Positions 49,118 to 63,100 of a stretch of DNA of 64,000 nt are shown piece by piece. Each line of letters begins with the position of its first letter. Positions within the stretch are counted from its first letter, which is position 1. Below the pieces are notes generated by a model that saw only the letters and a list, made by a program, of their open reading frames with translations, was not told the DNA's origin and did not search any database. The position numbers and the translations under genes are program-made. Origin of the DNA: Veleropilina oligotropha (lineage: Eukaryota); assembly GCA_048128005.1 (NCBI GenBank), contig JBEUKZ010000009.1, forward strand, positions 372,001 to 436,000, in the 5' to 3' direction.

Positions 49118-50769
49118 CAAGATTGAGATGAGTTGTGCGAAGTATCATCACATTGGGAGCAATCTCAGCCGAGTATTACAGTATAGGGGGACCACATACG
49201 GTGTAAGCCCAACATGATCTGCAGAAACGCATGTTATATACAAGTGTGGTGCCGAGAACGTGTGTGTTCTTTTTTTATATTCTGCTGTTTGTATGAATAT
49301 TTTAATTGAAACTTCTCAGTATTTGTTCTGAACATTTCTTTCGGAGCAGGAACCCCATTTCGTTGCGTGTTGCTTAAAATGAGATGTATTAGTCTGTTGC
49401 CTTCGTCATTGTATGGATATGTGTTTATATATTAACCACTGTGCTGATAAACTGATGAACGAAGGCAGAAGGTACCAGAAATTATGTTACAATATATTAC
49501 TGTTGTCGAACTGCACCATTCCGTAATAACAACAGGGTGTATGACAGTATACTTGATGAGTATCGTTCTATTGTTTGCTTGCTTAAAATGTTATGTGCAT
49601 AATGATCTTGAAAAGAGATATTTCAGACTCTGGAAATTAAAGCCAATATCACATGAAGAGATGTAACACTGGGATATTTTTATGTCTTGACCTTTTTGTA
49701 AAAAAGGACAAGACATTATCAAATGGTCCGTGTGTATATAGATATACATATATAATTATATTTATAACCGTCGATTTATTTGAAAACTACCGGATCAATT
49801 CTCATCAAAATTGGTACGTACATTCCCACGAGTATTTGTAGGTCGTGTATATAACTTTTGTAACACATTTTTTGCAAAAAGTGCATTTAATAGGGCTTTT
49901 TATACATAATTGCTATCAAGAGTCTACATAAATATATCCATGACCTCACTTCGTTGCATGGTGTCACTTTTTGTATTAAACGTCTTAAAAGTGTGACTTC
50001 ACACAGTGCATGAATATTCAGCAATCAGTAGGCTAAATAATAATCTTGTGAAGTAAACAAAGACTAAAGAAAAACTGAAATGTGTATTCAAATTTAATTA
50101 TAAAATAAAATGTACACTAATATATAACAGACGGCTCAAACATACATTTGTCAAAACATATTCCGAACGCATCGTTCTTGTTATTCACTGTAACAATTTT
50201 ATTTCTTTTGTGAAAATATTCATCATTTATATGATTACATTCCAAGAACCTGAAAATACCTGAGTTTTCATTGTTGAAATTAATTGACCGTGGGTTAGTG
50301 TGACTCTAATGATAAAAATATGAGAACAATTGTGATATTAGGTTTATAAAACTTTGGGCACAAGCATAACATAAAGAAACAATTGTGTTGTGATATAAAC
50401 ATTATAGTTACATGTATATCATTCTGGTGTAAATAATTCTTTCTTTTTATGGTTGTTTTCTAAACATTTCTAAACATTGTTTTCTAAACATATATATACT
50501 TTTATCAGATTTATTCCTCGGTTATTTACTGGTTGGTCACTTCACATATTCACGCTCATGTTCTGGGATTAATAATTTTATTTCCCAAGCAAAAGCATTA
50601 TTCAAAAAAAAAATACCACAATAATTATGTTGATAATGCTACAAGTGTTTAACTGTTATCATACAGTATGTCTAAAAACAAGACATAATATTAAATCATT
50701 CTTCCTGCATATTAAATATTAAATATTAAATATTCATATATGTTATTTCTCTCCATGTGAATTGGACTT

Positions 50770-51295
50770 TATGTTGAGGGGAATGTCCAAGCAACTCTCC
50801 ATTCCTTAAAAATAATGGAGACGAGGCCGTGTCACATTCTTTTTAAGGAATTGGAGAGTTGCGAAGACATTCCACAACTTAAAACACAGCCAAAAACCCA
50901 TTATGCGCCCTTTCAGGATACAATAGGTTGTTAACAATGATGGGGAGCGTAATTTATTTCATGTCAATTGCGCCTTCACGGATAATTCATGTAAAATCCG
51001 ACCCGAAATAGACAATTTGCATGGGTTGTACCATCAAAGTGGTCTTTTAACCACTAATATTGGAGCTATCTGTTCAATTTTAGCACGTTTTAATCAGTTT
51101 AAACACCGACAGCATTGTGTTCGGATGTCGAAATGGTGCTTATGGATTTACTATTAGGACTTTGAGCAGGAGTTTATACGCCATATGTGGGATTTTTTAA
51201 TACGTGAAACAAGTTGTTGCAACAGTCCGATGGATATATACAAATTATGCATTATCAAAATTAAATAAAGATGTCAATTCAGCTGGATTTTAACA
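50770..51295 (+). mobile_element. Non-autonomous long-hairpin element (degenerate; right end uncertain)
   Basis: Imperfect palindrome ~50781-50872 (gcaactctcca..ttccttaaaaa / tttttaaggaa..tggagagttgc); weak second IR. Confidence 0.5.
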
Positions 51296-51790
51296 ATCTG
51301 GAGTTACATTACCGTTTACGGGATGGTATTTCACAAGCTTAAAATGTTAATGTGTCCAGCACAACAATAACGTACTTTCACAATTAAATTATAACATGCA
51401 ACACAAAAAAAAGTTTTTGTACTATAGTTATTTCAATGTTTTCCATGATATTATCATTGGAGGTCAAACAGGAATAACAAGTGACCCACCGGCCTCCGCG
51501 GAATATGAACTACTGTTCCTGTTAAATATATTTTCATTTACTGAGATTTGAATTCACACCACCGATCCAGCGAGAGCTATGGTTTTACCCTGGAACTTGA
51601 ACGTTCACATTTCTTCCCAGGAACTTATTTATATTATAAACTGTTTTATAAATGTTATTTGAAAGATTTATTTTAAAGGAAATGTCTATTTTTACTGTAT
51701 ACACATGTACATGAACTATTGTTTGTCATTGTAAATATATAATGTCAATTTCTTGACTTCAATTGTTAAAACATAAAGTATTGAAATTAG

Positions 51791-52044
51791 TGTGAATGTG
51801 TGTGAGGGTATATTATCAATCTGTGAATGTGTGTGAGGGTATATTATCAATCTGTGAATGTGTGTGAGGGTATATTATCAATCTGTGAATGTGTGTGAGG
51901 GTATATGATCAATCTGTGAATGTGTGTGAGGGTATATTATCAATCTGTGAATGTGTGTGAGGGTATATTATCAATCTGTGAATGTGTGTGAGGGTATATT
52001 ATCAATCTGTGAATGTGTGTGAGGGTATATTATCAATCTGTGAA
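51791..52044. repeat. 31-bp minisatellite (tgtgaatgtgtgtgagggtatattatcaatc) x8
   Basis: Directly visible tandem array. Confidence 0.95.
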
Positions 52045-55000
52045 ATTCATGAATGTTGTGAATCCTGTATCTCTATACCTTCAACTCTATGCAAAGGAGA
52101 ATACATTAATAAACTTATTTTGCACCCATGAAAGCACGATTTTTGTAGTACATGTATTACATTGAAACCATATAATCATGTTTTCATTTCTCCATTAATA
52201 TTTAGTTGCTCGTTATAATTTTCCTGAATTATTAATAAGAATTGTGCAGCTGCCATCATTTAATTTTGCTTTACCCGTAAGTAGCGAAAAACTTTTAATT
52301 TTAAACCCTAGACCGAAAATGTATATTTTACAGTTAGCCAAAGTTAGAAACTTTGCAGTTATTCCCAAAATATCTATTGACTGGTGCGCCTATGAATTAA
52401 AAGTGAAAAATAATAAAACCGGTCCCCTGTTTTTGGTTTTATTACGGGTAACGGTCATTTCGCGGAAGCAAATTTCGTCAAGTTGGGGCTTGGGGACGCC
52501 GAAGTTACCTTGGGAACTGTGAAACGTTGAGCTGCAACATTGTCCCGAGGTTCCATATTATATCACACTGCACTTGTATTCTTTGAAGTTCGACATCACT
52601 CATCGAAATCGGTTTGTGTTCTTCGCAACGTCCGTGTAGGTGACATCGTCGGTGGTAACAATGTAATTTATTTATATATAATATTTTTTTCATATTTAAC
52701 GAAAGTTCTGCACGTTTCGATGAGGAGCACGCCGAAACAAATTAGGCGATATGGTGTTGACCGAAATGACAGGGTTTAACCCCAAATGGCTACCGTTGAA
52801 TGCTAATATGCTATTAGCCGGCAGCGATATCAGTGGCGATTTCTTATTATAAACAACAAACAATGTAGGTTCTTTCGCTTTGAATCATCAAAACTTTTTA
52901 TAACATCTGCATATGTGGAAGTAAGGTATGATAGGGCGTTATGCGATAATTACGGTTAATGCAACTTTAAAGCGATTCAAATCCCTATTGAAGGAAATTA
53001 AATTTTGCTGTTGATGAAGAAGAACAGAGCCTGATATTATTAACTTACAAAATTATGAGGTGCTAGAGTTGTGATTAGCATAATGATGTTTATTGTCAGT
53101 TAATGGATTTTGTGATAGGAACCTTAAAGTATTTTCTTCACAGTATGGGTTTTGCTATAAATTTAACCACACAGTAATCAAATTTGTCATTCTACGGATA
53201 TTATATTGTCTATTCTTGCCAGATGGATATACGGACCTCGGTCAAGTTATGTAATATAAGCATTTGAGTGCTTTCATCGTCATTATTACGCATTCAAACG
53301 AATAGTACCAAGAGAATTGGTAATTAACGATAGGATATGTAAAGGAAAGTGTTTTGACCAAAATAAGATTTTTCACTTCGAAATTATACACAGAGAATGT
53401 AATTATTGTAGTACAAGCTCAATTTTCACGAAATGATGTGCATCGAGTCTTTGCATGAACTTCTCGCTTATTCTTTTGTAGGGAAAATTTACTCTCTCAT
53501 CTGGTGGATAAATTAAATATTTCTTTATAACATAACTTTACGAAACTTGCTGCGTATGTTAAGTAGTTGGTGTACTGATGCCTTTTGCTAATTTCAACGT
53601 TGCACTCCACCTAATTGTCTTCACAGTTAGCAGTAATCATTGCGGGGGATATCTATGACTGTGTCTTCTTGTTGTACATTGCATTGAGTTGAGTTTACAT
53701 TAAGCCAAGTTCTCATAATTTTCTGTCAGTTTCCTCCGATTGCATGTAGTATTTATTTTTATGTGTTTGTAAGCTGTTGCATACCATTTTACATTTCTCA
53801 ATAACTGGACACAAAGATTTGAGCTTGAGTTCGACTGAGCAACCCCGAGATGAAGGAATATTTAATTGTGCATGGTATTCCATGTACTGCTTACCACAAT
53901 TGAACTTATTTCAGCTTTTTGTGGCATGATAAGAGTGCGAGCGATGGTTTCCTATACAAGAGAAATATGCAAGAATTGTAGTTTGTTATAAGTATGTTCT
54001 GTTATACATATATCTATATGTGTGTGCGTAATATTCCTTATTGATTATCCAAAATGAATAACGCAGAAGGTTCTGTTGATAGTTTTCCCATTGAACTCCA
54101 TTGCGAACGAAATAAAAAACTTTATTGCTCACAATTTTACAGTATTGCCCAGTAACATTAGTCAATCTGCAATCGTATTAACTCATTAACAGAATGGGAA
54201 GGATCCACTTATATTAGAATCCAAAATTAAATGTAAAAGCAAATTCTGTTTGAAATATGTCGCTTTTATTTAGTGAGAACCTGGTGCTAGCAATTTAATT
54301 TTTGCAAATTGGTCAAAATTGTTTTAAAACCTAAATACCCTAAACAATTTAGCTTTCAATATTGCTTTCATTGTTTAGGTAATGATAAACCTGTTATGGA
54401 ATTTGTCATGAAAATAGGTGCATTTATAATATCAAAGTCAAAAATGATTATTTAGTAGTTCTCAAATAGATCTATGCTAAAACTGCTTTTGATGTTTTTT
54501 AGTCGCCTTAAGCTCTTTGCTTTGATTGTTAATGTTAATATACTTTCTAGCCTTCTAAAATGTTTAGAGCAGATTGTATGTTAGTACCGGTACACTTTGA
54601 TTTCATTTAGTTTCTTTTGAGATGTATATTCTTTCATGTTTTGCATTGTGTCATCTTCAGTTTAGCATTTCTATTTGATATACCTAACAATCTGCATAAT
54701 AATTTTACAATATAATATATATTATCAAATTCTACAAAATATATTTGCATTTTGTGTTTATGATGTTTTGCCGTTGTACATGCATGTAACATAATAGTTG
54801 TAATTTTTGTTGTTGAATTTGCTTATATATTTTTTGTAAATTACTAAATAGTAACAATTATTTCATAGTAAATAAGACGCTCAACATTCCAGAGATGGGT
54901 TTTGATGAGACGACAGTTATTTTGTTGTATTATTAGCCAATATTATTCTGTATCATGAATCTGGGAGAAAATTAGCGACGACGAAATAGTTGAAAATTTT

Positions 55001-55429
55001 GAATTGTTCGGTCGAGGTATATTCTGTTTCTTTGTTCATTTCCAATTATTGTTTAAAACAGTCGTTATTATTATTTTTGTATATTCAGTGCTTCTAGATT
55101 TGAGTTATAGATTTTTTTTAATCGTCAACAAATCCTTGATACGTGTAGTCCGAAAACTTACAAATCTGGTGTTACGGTTGATTGATTCAGTTTTAGGCCT
55201 GCATCCAGGTATTCACCGTGTTACGTGGCCAGGAAGTCGCCACGATTCATTTGAAAAATATGAAATTATTACCTGTCCAAAGTATACTTTTGTTGCCTTT
55301 GTATTGTGAGATAACCAAAATGTTCTTTTGTATAAGAATATGCTGCCCACCTGTTGTCAAATGTGATAACAATGCAGGAATAAACTGCATTTCTTCTTGT
55401 ACGTGTGATATAAAAACTCCTATCTGATG

Positions 55430-56149
55430 CTTTGTTTTGATCGATGCTTAATGTCCCCGTTTGTAACATCAACCTTCAGGATCCTACCGGGACATGTCCA
55501 TATTACCGTGTGAGGAAAGTCCCGTCACCTGGGAAATCTGCCCCACCCGCTAGTTATGAACAACTGTCCCGTCACCTGGGAAACCTGCCCCACCCGCTAG
55601 TTATGAACAACTGTCCCGTCACGTGGGAAACCTGCCCCACCCGCTAGTTATGAACAACTGTCCCGTCACCTGGGAAACCTGCCCCACCCGCTAGTTATGA
55701 ACAACTGTCCCGTCACCTGGGAAATCTGCCCCACCCGCTAGTTATGAACAACTGTCCCGTCACCTGGGAAATCTGCCCCACCCGCTAGTTATGAACAACT
55801 GTCCCGTCACCTGGGAAATCTGCCCCACCCGCTAGTTATGAACAACTGTCCCGTCACCTGGGAAATCTGCCCCACCCGCTAGTTATGAACAACTGTCCCG
55901 TCACCTGGGAAATCTGCCCCACCCGCTAGTTATGAACAACTGTCCCGTCACCTGGGAAATCTGCCCCACCCGCTAGTTATGAACAACTGTCCCGTCACAT
56001 GGGAAATCTGCCCCACCCGCTAGTTATGAACAGCTGTGACTAACTAAACGAAGAATAACGACAGAGAGTTCGAGCCCACTCCTGTTAGAGCAGTCAAGGG
56101 AGTGAATTCAGAGCTCGCATTCTTATCCACTCAGCTACTAGTGCGGCTG
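55430..56149 (-). mobile_element. tRNA-SINE (related to family 1) with internal 47-bp minisatellite x11
   Basis: Minus-strand head gccgcactagtagctgagtgg...ggctcgaactc, tail ggacattaagcatcga. TSD ctatctgatg at 55420-55429 and 56150-56159; array at 55519-56035. Confidence 0.8.
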
Positions 56150-56666
56150 CTATCTGATGTGACCACCTAGTAGGTCACAAAATAATAAACATATTCTTAC
56201 CAGTGTTTATATGGTCATTTGGAACCAATGTGTAATTGTTCCACGACGAACATGAAGTTACGTGGATTGCAATCGCGCGTTAACGATTCAGTGAAGAACT
56301 TTTATTTCGGTCTGATTGCATTTAGTATCTGTATGGCAACGATTGCTGGCTGGCTATTAAAGACAAAAATGGACGATCGTTGAACAGACGTTAACGGAAT
56401 GGCTACAGGCATTTATAATACCAGTTTTAAAATAATTTTATGCATAATGAAGGTTAGAAACCAACCATATTCAAGGTGATACCTCAGATGACCTCAAGGT
56501 TCAATCGATTGTACTGATTTTGCTGGCGTGGGTTAGAGACTCCTGTTATGACCCTAAGTTATGTTAAATTTGAAATTAAGCACAGAAGATCTCAAGTTCT
56601 TTATTATTGTACAAAAATAAAGAAATCTCAAGAGGCTTGATTGACACGATGAGACTGCATGGCTTG

Positions 56667-56985
56667 TTAGTTGAGCCGTTTACGGAGCAACTATTGTATT
56701 GAGGCTGTCTGTCTGTCTGGGTGTGTGGTGGTGTATGTCCGTGATGACTTTACATGGCATAACATGGTCAATTCAAAACATATAGCCACGAAACTTCATA
56801 TATATGATATATGAGTGGATATCTAACTACTGATTGATTTATGAGGTCAAAGGTCACCAAAGTCAAATAAGTGTAAAATACATAAACAGACATATCTTTG
56901 GACTCGGTCAACCTAGAAAGATAAAATTAAGTTTATTGAGAGTGGGCACTGCGGCTCAACTATGCTTCCTCTCGGATGCGCTTGT
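56667..56985 (+). mobile_element. Short HINE-like element
   Basis: tagttgagccg / cggctcaacta IR, (GTCT)n tract, CTTG|TT end. Confidence 0.65.
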
Positions 56986-57124
56986 TTGTGTATGCATCAT
57001 GTCTTATATTATGAGAGACAATTATTAAGTAATATAAATCTTACTCTATTTTCTAATTGACAGGTTATGGTGTGTACATTTCAACATTTTCATGTGTAGC
57101 TCTGTCAGAGTGCATCAATAGTCC

Positions 57125-57543
57125 TTATTTTGATTTCGCCGCAAATACTCTGTTCTGATTGGCTGACGTCATTTTGTTAACTGACCGTATACACTGACCA
57201 GCCGTTGTTTATGGATTCTTAAACAACGGTGACGTCATAATCCTCTGTTCTGATTGGCTAACTGGCCGTCAAGGGAAATAACTCTGTCTTACTGACACCG
57301 TAGATATGTAAATGCCAATGGGCTAACAAATGTTTGAACGAAATCGGGACTCTGTTAATCAAGCATCACGATAAGAAATCAAGGTAAAATGAAGATAAAA
57401 TCAAGATAAATACGTTGTCGAACAACGTCTTGGTAAATACGTTGGATTGAATACCTCATAACGTTAAACCACTCGGCGCTAGCACCTCGTGGTTTAATTT
57501 GATTCGGTATTCAATTCATCGCGAAGTCGTCCGACAACTTATA
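57125..57543 (-). mobile_element. Non-autonomous long-hairpin element
   Basis: IR ttattttgattt (57125) / aaatcaagataa (57398-57409), then imperfect palindrome 57414-57538. Confidence 0.55.
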
Positions 57544-59623
57544 ATGTTGTCAAAATGGACAGATATAGACACCATGAGTCATTATTGCACCTCTTGATGA
57601 CTTTGTGCTGTACTTTCCGGTACCATAATTGGGTCGAACTGACAGCTTTATAATGTCTTCTCGATTATAAAAGGTAGTGTGTTCAAGTTTCGAGTTGACG
57701 AGATTATAAGTGACTGAAAGAAAAAAGGTATGCAGATTTGCCAATGGCGTAACTCGAAAGATGTGTGTAATTAGTGTTTCACACATCAATTGTGTCCCAA
57801 AATCCAAGTGCTTTAACGTCTTACTCTGAAGAACACTGGTGAAGTAGAATTTACTTCCAAGCAAATAATGTCCTGGTTTAATTGGGAGTGTCACTTTTCC
57901 AAACACACTCTTTCGAAAAAAATTAAAAGGAGCCATGACAAATTGCAACCAGTCTAATTGAACTAGTTTCATCTTGACCTGGTCCTTGCTCAAGTCTAAT
58001 ATTTGAATGCACTCAGTCCTGCTTAACATGCAGCGCAGAATCAGTTGACGTAGGGTAAATATCACGTTATTGGCGCAAACTGTAAAGGATTCATCCCTTT
58101 GATTGTAGTAGATCCAATGTTAATTTAATATGTTTAAACCAGTATATTATTAATTTATATTAATATAAACGATATTAAACTTATGAATTATTTTAATAAA
58201 AAGTTTGTTTTTATGCACTTCACGACTTGAATCAATTATTTTTACGACCACGTTTAATGATATTTAATCATATCGTAGTTGAAACCGCGTTTTATTCATC
58301 AGAAGCAGCCACACTGGACACGAGAGGTTCAAGTTCACAATTGAATTTTAAGTGACTGGATATCCAAGATCATTGAAATAAAGTGTCGCGGTACCCACTT
58401 TATGCAATGGTGCCCTTTCTACATTCTATCAGTTGAGATAACAAGGACAGTGCACTTGAATTGAAATTTTCATTTGTAAAACAGATATAAATAATATCGC
58501 ATTTCAATTTATCACTGGTATTATTGTATGAATCAAATTTTGTATCTTTATTGTTCATGGCCATCTGTTTAAAACTAGAGATCACCCTGTCAAACGTGCA
58601 CGTCCATCACTTCATAATCTTCCTTCATAACCAGACATTCCTAAAGATTCATTCAAATCAGTGCAGATAAGAAGTTTTTGGATTGTTTAATTTTATTGAA
58701 TTTCAATAATCATGATCATTGCAACATCCATTATTATTCATGAGAAAAGCCCGGAATGACAGATTATCGGAAATCCAACCTTTTCCAGTTCTGGACAACT
58801 GCAACAGATTTGTTAGTTCACTTCCTAACAAAGAGAGGTCAAACTAACCTCTGGTAATAAAACGAAACTGTAGTGTATAAGATTTCATATTTGGTGAATA
58901 AATGTCACAAATAAATGTTACCCGTAGAATGAACAACTATTGTATACATACATGCAGTCTCCAAGGGAGAGGCATGGGCCACTCTTGACAGACGTGTGAT
59001 TTCGATTGCAGACTCTGAAATCAATCTGGCACTGACTTGAATCTGCTGACGCGAACAGTAGTGGGTTCGAATCTCAGTTGGGACATTGACATTATTTGTT
59101 CAGTTATGAATCACAGTTGTCCGTAACTTGTCAGAGAGGACGGGTTTTCCCGGGCGATCGGGCTTTCCTCCCGCGATAATATGGACATGTCTTGCTTTGA
59201 ACCTGATGGTTGTAAATATACAGGACATTAAGCATCGTTCCTTTCATTTTCCAAGGGATAGGAGGCTCAATGGAGATAAATACATTTTGCCATTGAACAT
59301 ACACCTTTTCCGAGCAAAATGCACCCACCTGTCACCCAGTCAAGTCCTCGTGGTGTGAATACAGATCAACAGTTATTGTTCAGCCAAGCAAAGTGTTAAC
59401 AATTATGCCCATGTGTCATTAAAAGAGATGAATTTTCTTTACTGTCAACAGGATTGCCACTCCACACACATGTAAGGCACGTCAACCCGGATTCATATGT
59501 TCAAGTATTAGGAGTAGTTTGAATCCTGCTGTTGATTAAAGCAGATCAAAGGTTTTTTTAAGCAAAATGTTGGCGATATCACTTTCCCATTATTAGCGAA
59601 GAAGCAGCACGACCTATTAATTA

Positions 59624-60129
59624 TAATTACTATCCAGGGATGGGTTCAAGCCTTGGGTGGACCGAGTGGTAATTACTATACAGGGATGGGTTCAAGCCTT
59701 GGGTGGACCGAGTGGTAATTAATATACAGGGATTGGTTCAAGCCTTGGGTGGACCGAGTGGTAATTACTATACAGGGATGGGTTCAAGCCTTGGGTGGAC
59801 CGAGTGGTAATTACTATCCAGGGATGGGTTCAAGCCTTGGGTGGACCGAGTGGTAATTAATATACAGGGATTGGTTCAAGCCTTGGGTGGACCGAGTGGT
59901 AATTACTATACAGGGATTGGTTCAAGCCTTGGGTGGACCGAGTGGTAATTACTATCCAGGGATGGGTTCAAGCCTTGGGTGGACCGAGTGGTAATTACTA
60001 TCCAGGGATGGTTTCAAGCCTTGGGTGGACCGAGTGGTAATTACTATCCAGGGATGGGTTCAAGCCTTGGGTGGACAGAGTGGTAATTACTATCCAGGGA
60101 TGTGTTCAAGCCTTGGGTGGACCGAGTGG
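59624..60129 (+). repeat. 46-bp minisatellite x11 (taattactatccagggatgggttcaagccttgggtggaccgagtgg)
   Basis: 506 bp = 11 x 46. Confidence 0.95.
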
Positions 60130-63100
60130 TGTTTCATAATCAAGAATGTCAGCACCGCACGTTTCAGTTATTTCAATTTAGTCTTGATCGACTTTATTTA
60201 TGACTAAAATTGTTGGTGCGCTTGTTAAATATTCTCTAAATGCTACATGTATTTAAATTAATAAAAGTTGATTCAAATGTTCAGGTCGTGAATGGTTCCA
60301 TAATAAATGTTTCCTTCATATGAACCACTGATTTTTTCCGTTTCCTGATGTGATCTGGAGTATATAAGATCAACACAACAACAGAGTAAATGTACATTTT
60401 TATTTAAAACATATTAATAAGTTTTCTTCAATAAATACCATGGACAAGATTTGATTTCTCGCTCCCCGATTTATACATTGTTAAATAGTCATTTTTACCC
60501 ATTCTGAAATCCAGAGCAAGATATCAATCATATATGTTCATAGCGTTTGTGGTTAGTTTGGTGCATGAATTAAATAAATTCCTTTCAACATTACTTTTCT
60601 ACAAGTGAATTCAGTATGATGATGAATTTGATGTCCCTTAATTAGTTAGCAAGTGCAAAAGCGAACATTGATGTTTCAACACATAGTTTGCTGCAATAAA
60701 GCATTCTTCTGTGCCTCGAAAGAGAAAATATTAACAATTTGGCAGAAGAGTCTTGATGACGAGTGGCCATCAGCAACCGTGGCACGTGGCAGGCGACTGG
60801 CATCGAAACGTCAATCATCCCACAATAAATCAGATATGTCCACATGGACAAAAATTATATTAAATAATCTGTATAAATTGTGGCACACAATTTCTTTCTC
60901 AATTAAATTTTATGTACAGATTTTATTTTTATATATATAACTTCTGTTTACAGCACAACATAGAACCATTAATTAATTTACATAACACAGATTGCAGTAG
61001 TTGGTGGAAGACACAATCACATAAATAAATTTGAATAATAACACATCAGCACTGTAGTGCCACAATAAATATTTCATTATTTCAAACATGAGATTGACAC
61101 AAAACTGTATGCATGCTTTAATGTGTTTCAATACCATTTAGTTGCACAGTAACAGAGATTTAACATGTGATTTACATGTAAATGGAAGCAACATAGATAA
61201 CTAATTTGGCAATTTAAAAAGTGAGCATGAAAAAAAGGTAAAATTTTCAAAATTATGAATTTTCAACTAACTACGGCTTTTCTCTTCTCCGTATTCTTTC
61301 AATAGAATTACGAAATTTCAAAATTATGAATTTTCAAAGAAGTGCGGTTTCTGTTTACTTTCAATAGGTTTATATCAATGCTTGATATCACATTTTAACA
61401 CCCTTCAAGGTCATACTAGAAAATCTCTCTACTATCGCCGAAGTAAACCCCTATAGAAACTCAGTGCAGAATGTACAGTACCATGTCCATTACTGCTAGT
61501 AACTTCATAATGTCTTGATCTCAACGAAAGCACCACTGAAATGATCCATAAACATAACAAATTTGGCAATCTTAATAAATTCTGCTGTTCAGATAAAAAC
61601 AAATAGCTAAGAAATATATTGTGTTCATACATAAGTTACTATGTACTCCAGAAACATATCACATCATATGACAAGAATTTGCTGCAAATGCAATGTGAAC
61701 AAACCTAGATTACAGCAATCTACGCGATCAATCTGTGACTCTTAATAAAATCCAGCAGATTTGCATAATTTTTTGTAACAACAACGAAAATTTTTGCAAA
61801 CGTCTAATGGGATATGGAACAATTGTACGCTAATACAAATTGTGTTCTGCTAATAAATTTGATAAAATTGCCATAAAAAATAAACAGAAAAGTAAATTAG
61901 TAAAATATTGAAAACGAGTGATACATAAAGCAAATTATTATCATAAATGATATATGTACCTTTAGACTTAACAATATTTGTATACAAACACTGTATCTAT
62001 AAATATAACTGGAATTAAAAAATAAATTTCAGCATAAAATAACTTAGCAAAGCATATAATATATACTTTCAAATTGGAAGAACTATGTTTCATTTATTTA
62101 GCACATCTTGAGAATCTGTTTATATTAGTACATCAATCACAGCAGTCAATCCCGGGCAAGAGTGGGAACAAACATACAGACATGAATACAGTATACGCAT
62201 ATGTACAACAACGCGGTATTCATCCTACAACATTATCAATAAAACAAATACCCTGACATAAATAATCTTGCACAAAACAAGTTGAAACTGTTAGCATACT
62301 GCTTAAACTACAATTTAGCAAAACTTAACAAAATCTTTGATAATATTCAAATAAATCAACTGAACAAAACAGCACTAGTCTTCTCCTATTTGCCATGATG
62401 CAGCATAGCCATGCACGGTCTCAACGATGCATAAAAGTCAGTTTTTCATGATTTATTAGTATCACACTAATGTACATGTAGTTGGTTCACTACTTTGCCA
62501 AGACAAATCTGTTAGCTTTGAAATTTGAGTCCAAACACTGTAATATTTGATGGATCATAATTTCTCCGGGTACTACAAGTCATTGAAATAACTGCTGCAT
62601 AAAATTTTACACCTAGGTCTACAAATTTTGAGTCTTGCAATTTTGCATTACTGTATACATAAATTTCATATATAGCTTCTTAGATTAAAACTACGCTAAT
62701 TTGTTTCTGCTGTTACTGAGTACATGTAAGCACTACCAAATGTGAGACAGAATGATCGCTCATAGTAACAAAACATTTCTTCATCAAATACACGCATCCC
62801 ATGATTGTGTTTTGCGTCGAATACCGACAATATGACTAAATTAACATTCCAAAATTAAAATAACATGGTATTTGGCAAGTTACGGAAAGTTTTGGCAAGG
62901 ACGTTATGATATGAATATACACATCTATACAATGTTGGATCTAAAAAATACTATCATCTTTAAACACCGGCAAACACACATGGCTGAACTCTAAGTGTAA
63001 ACAGGGAAATTAACATGGCTGTGAATGCAAGCTTCCTATTTCCTTTCTGTCTGTACAGGGATCCCTGTGTATTTAGCAGACGGTGATATCGCATTCCATC

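Noticed and set aside
55519..60129. Regular short repeats as possible CRISPR arrays
   Set aside because: Head-to-tail units with no unique spacers, no cas genes, and eukaryotic context.
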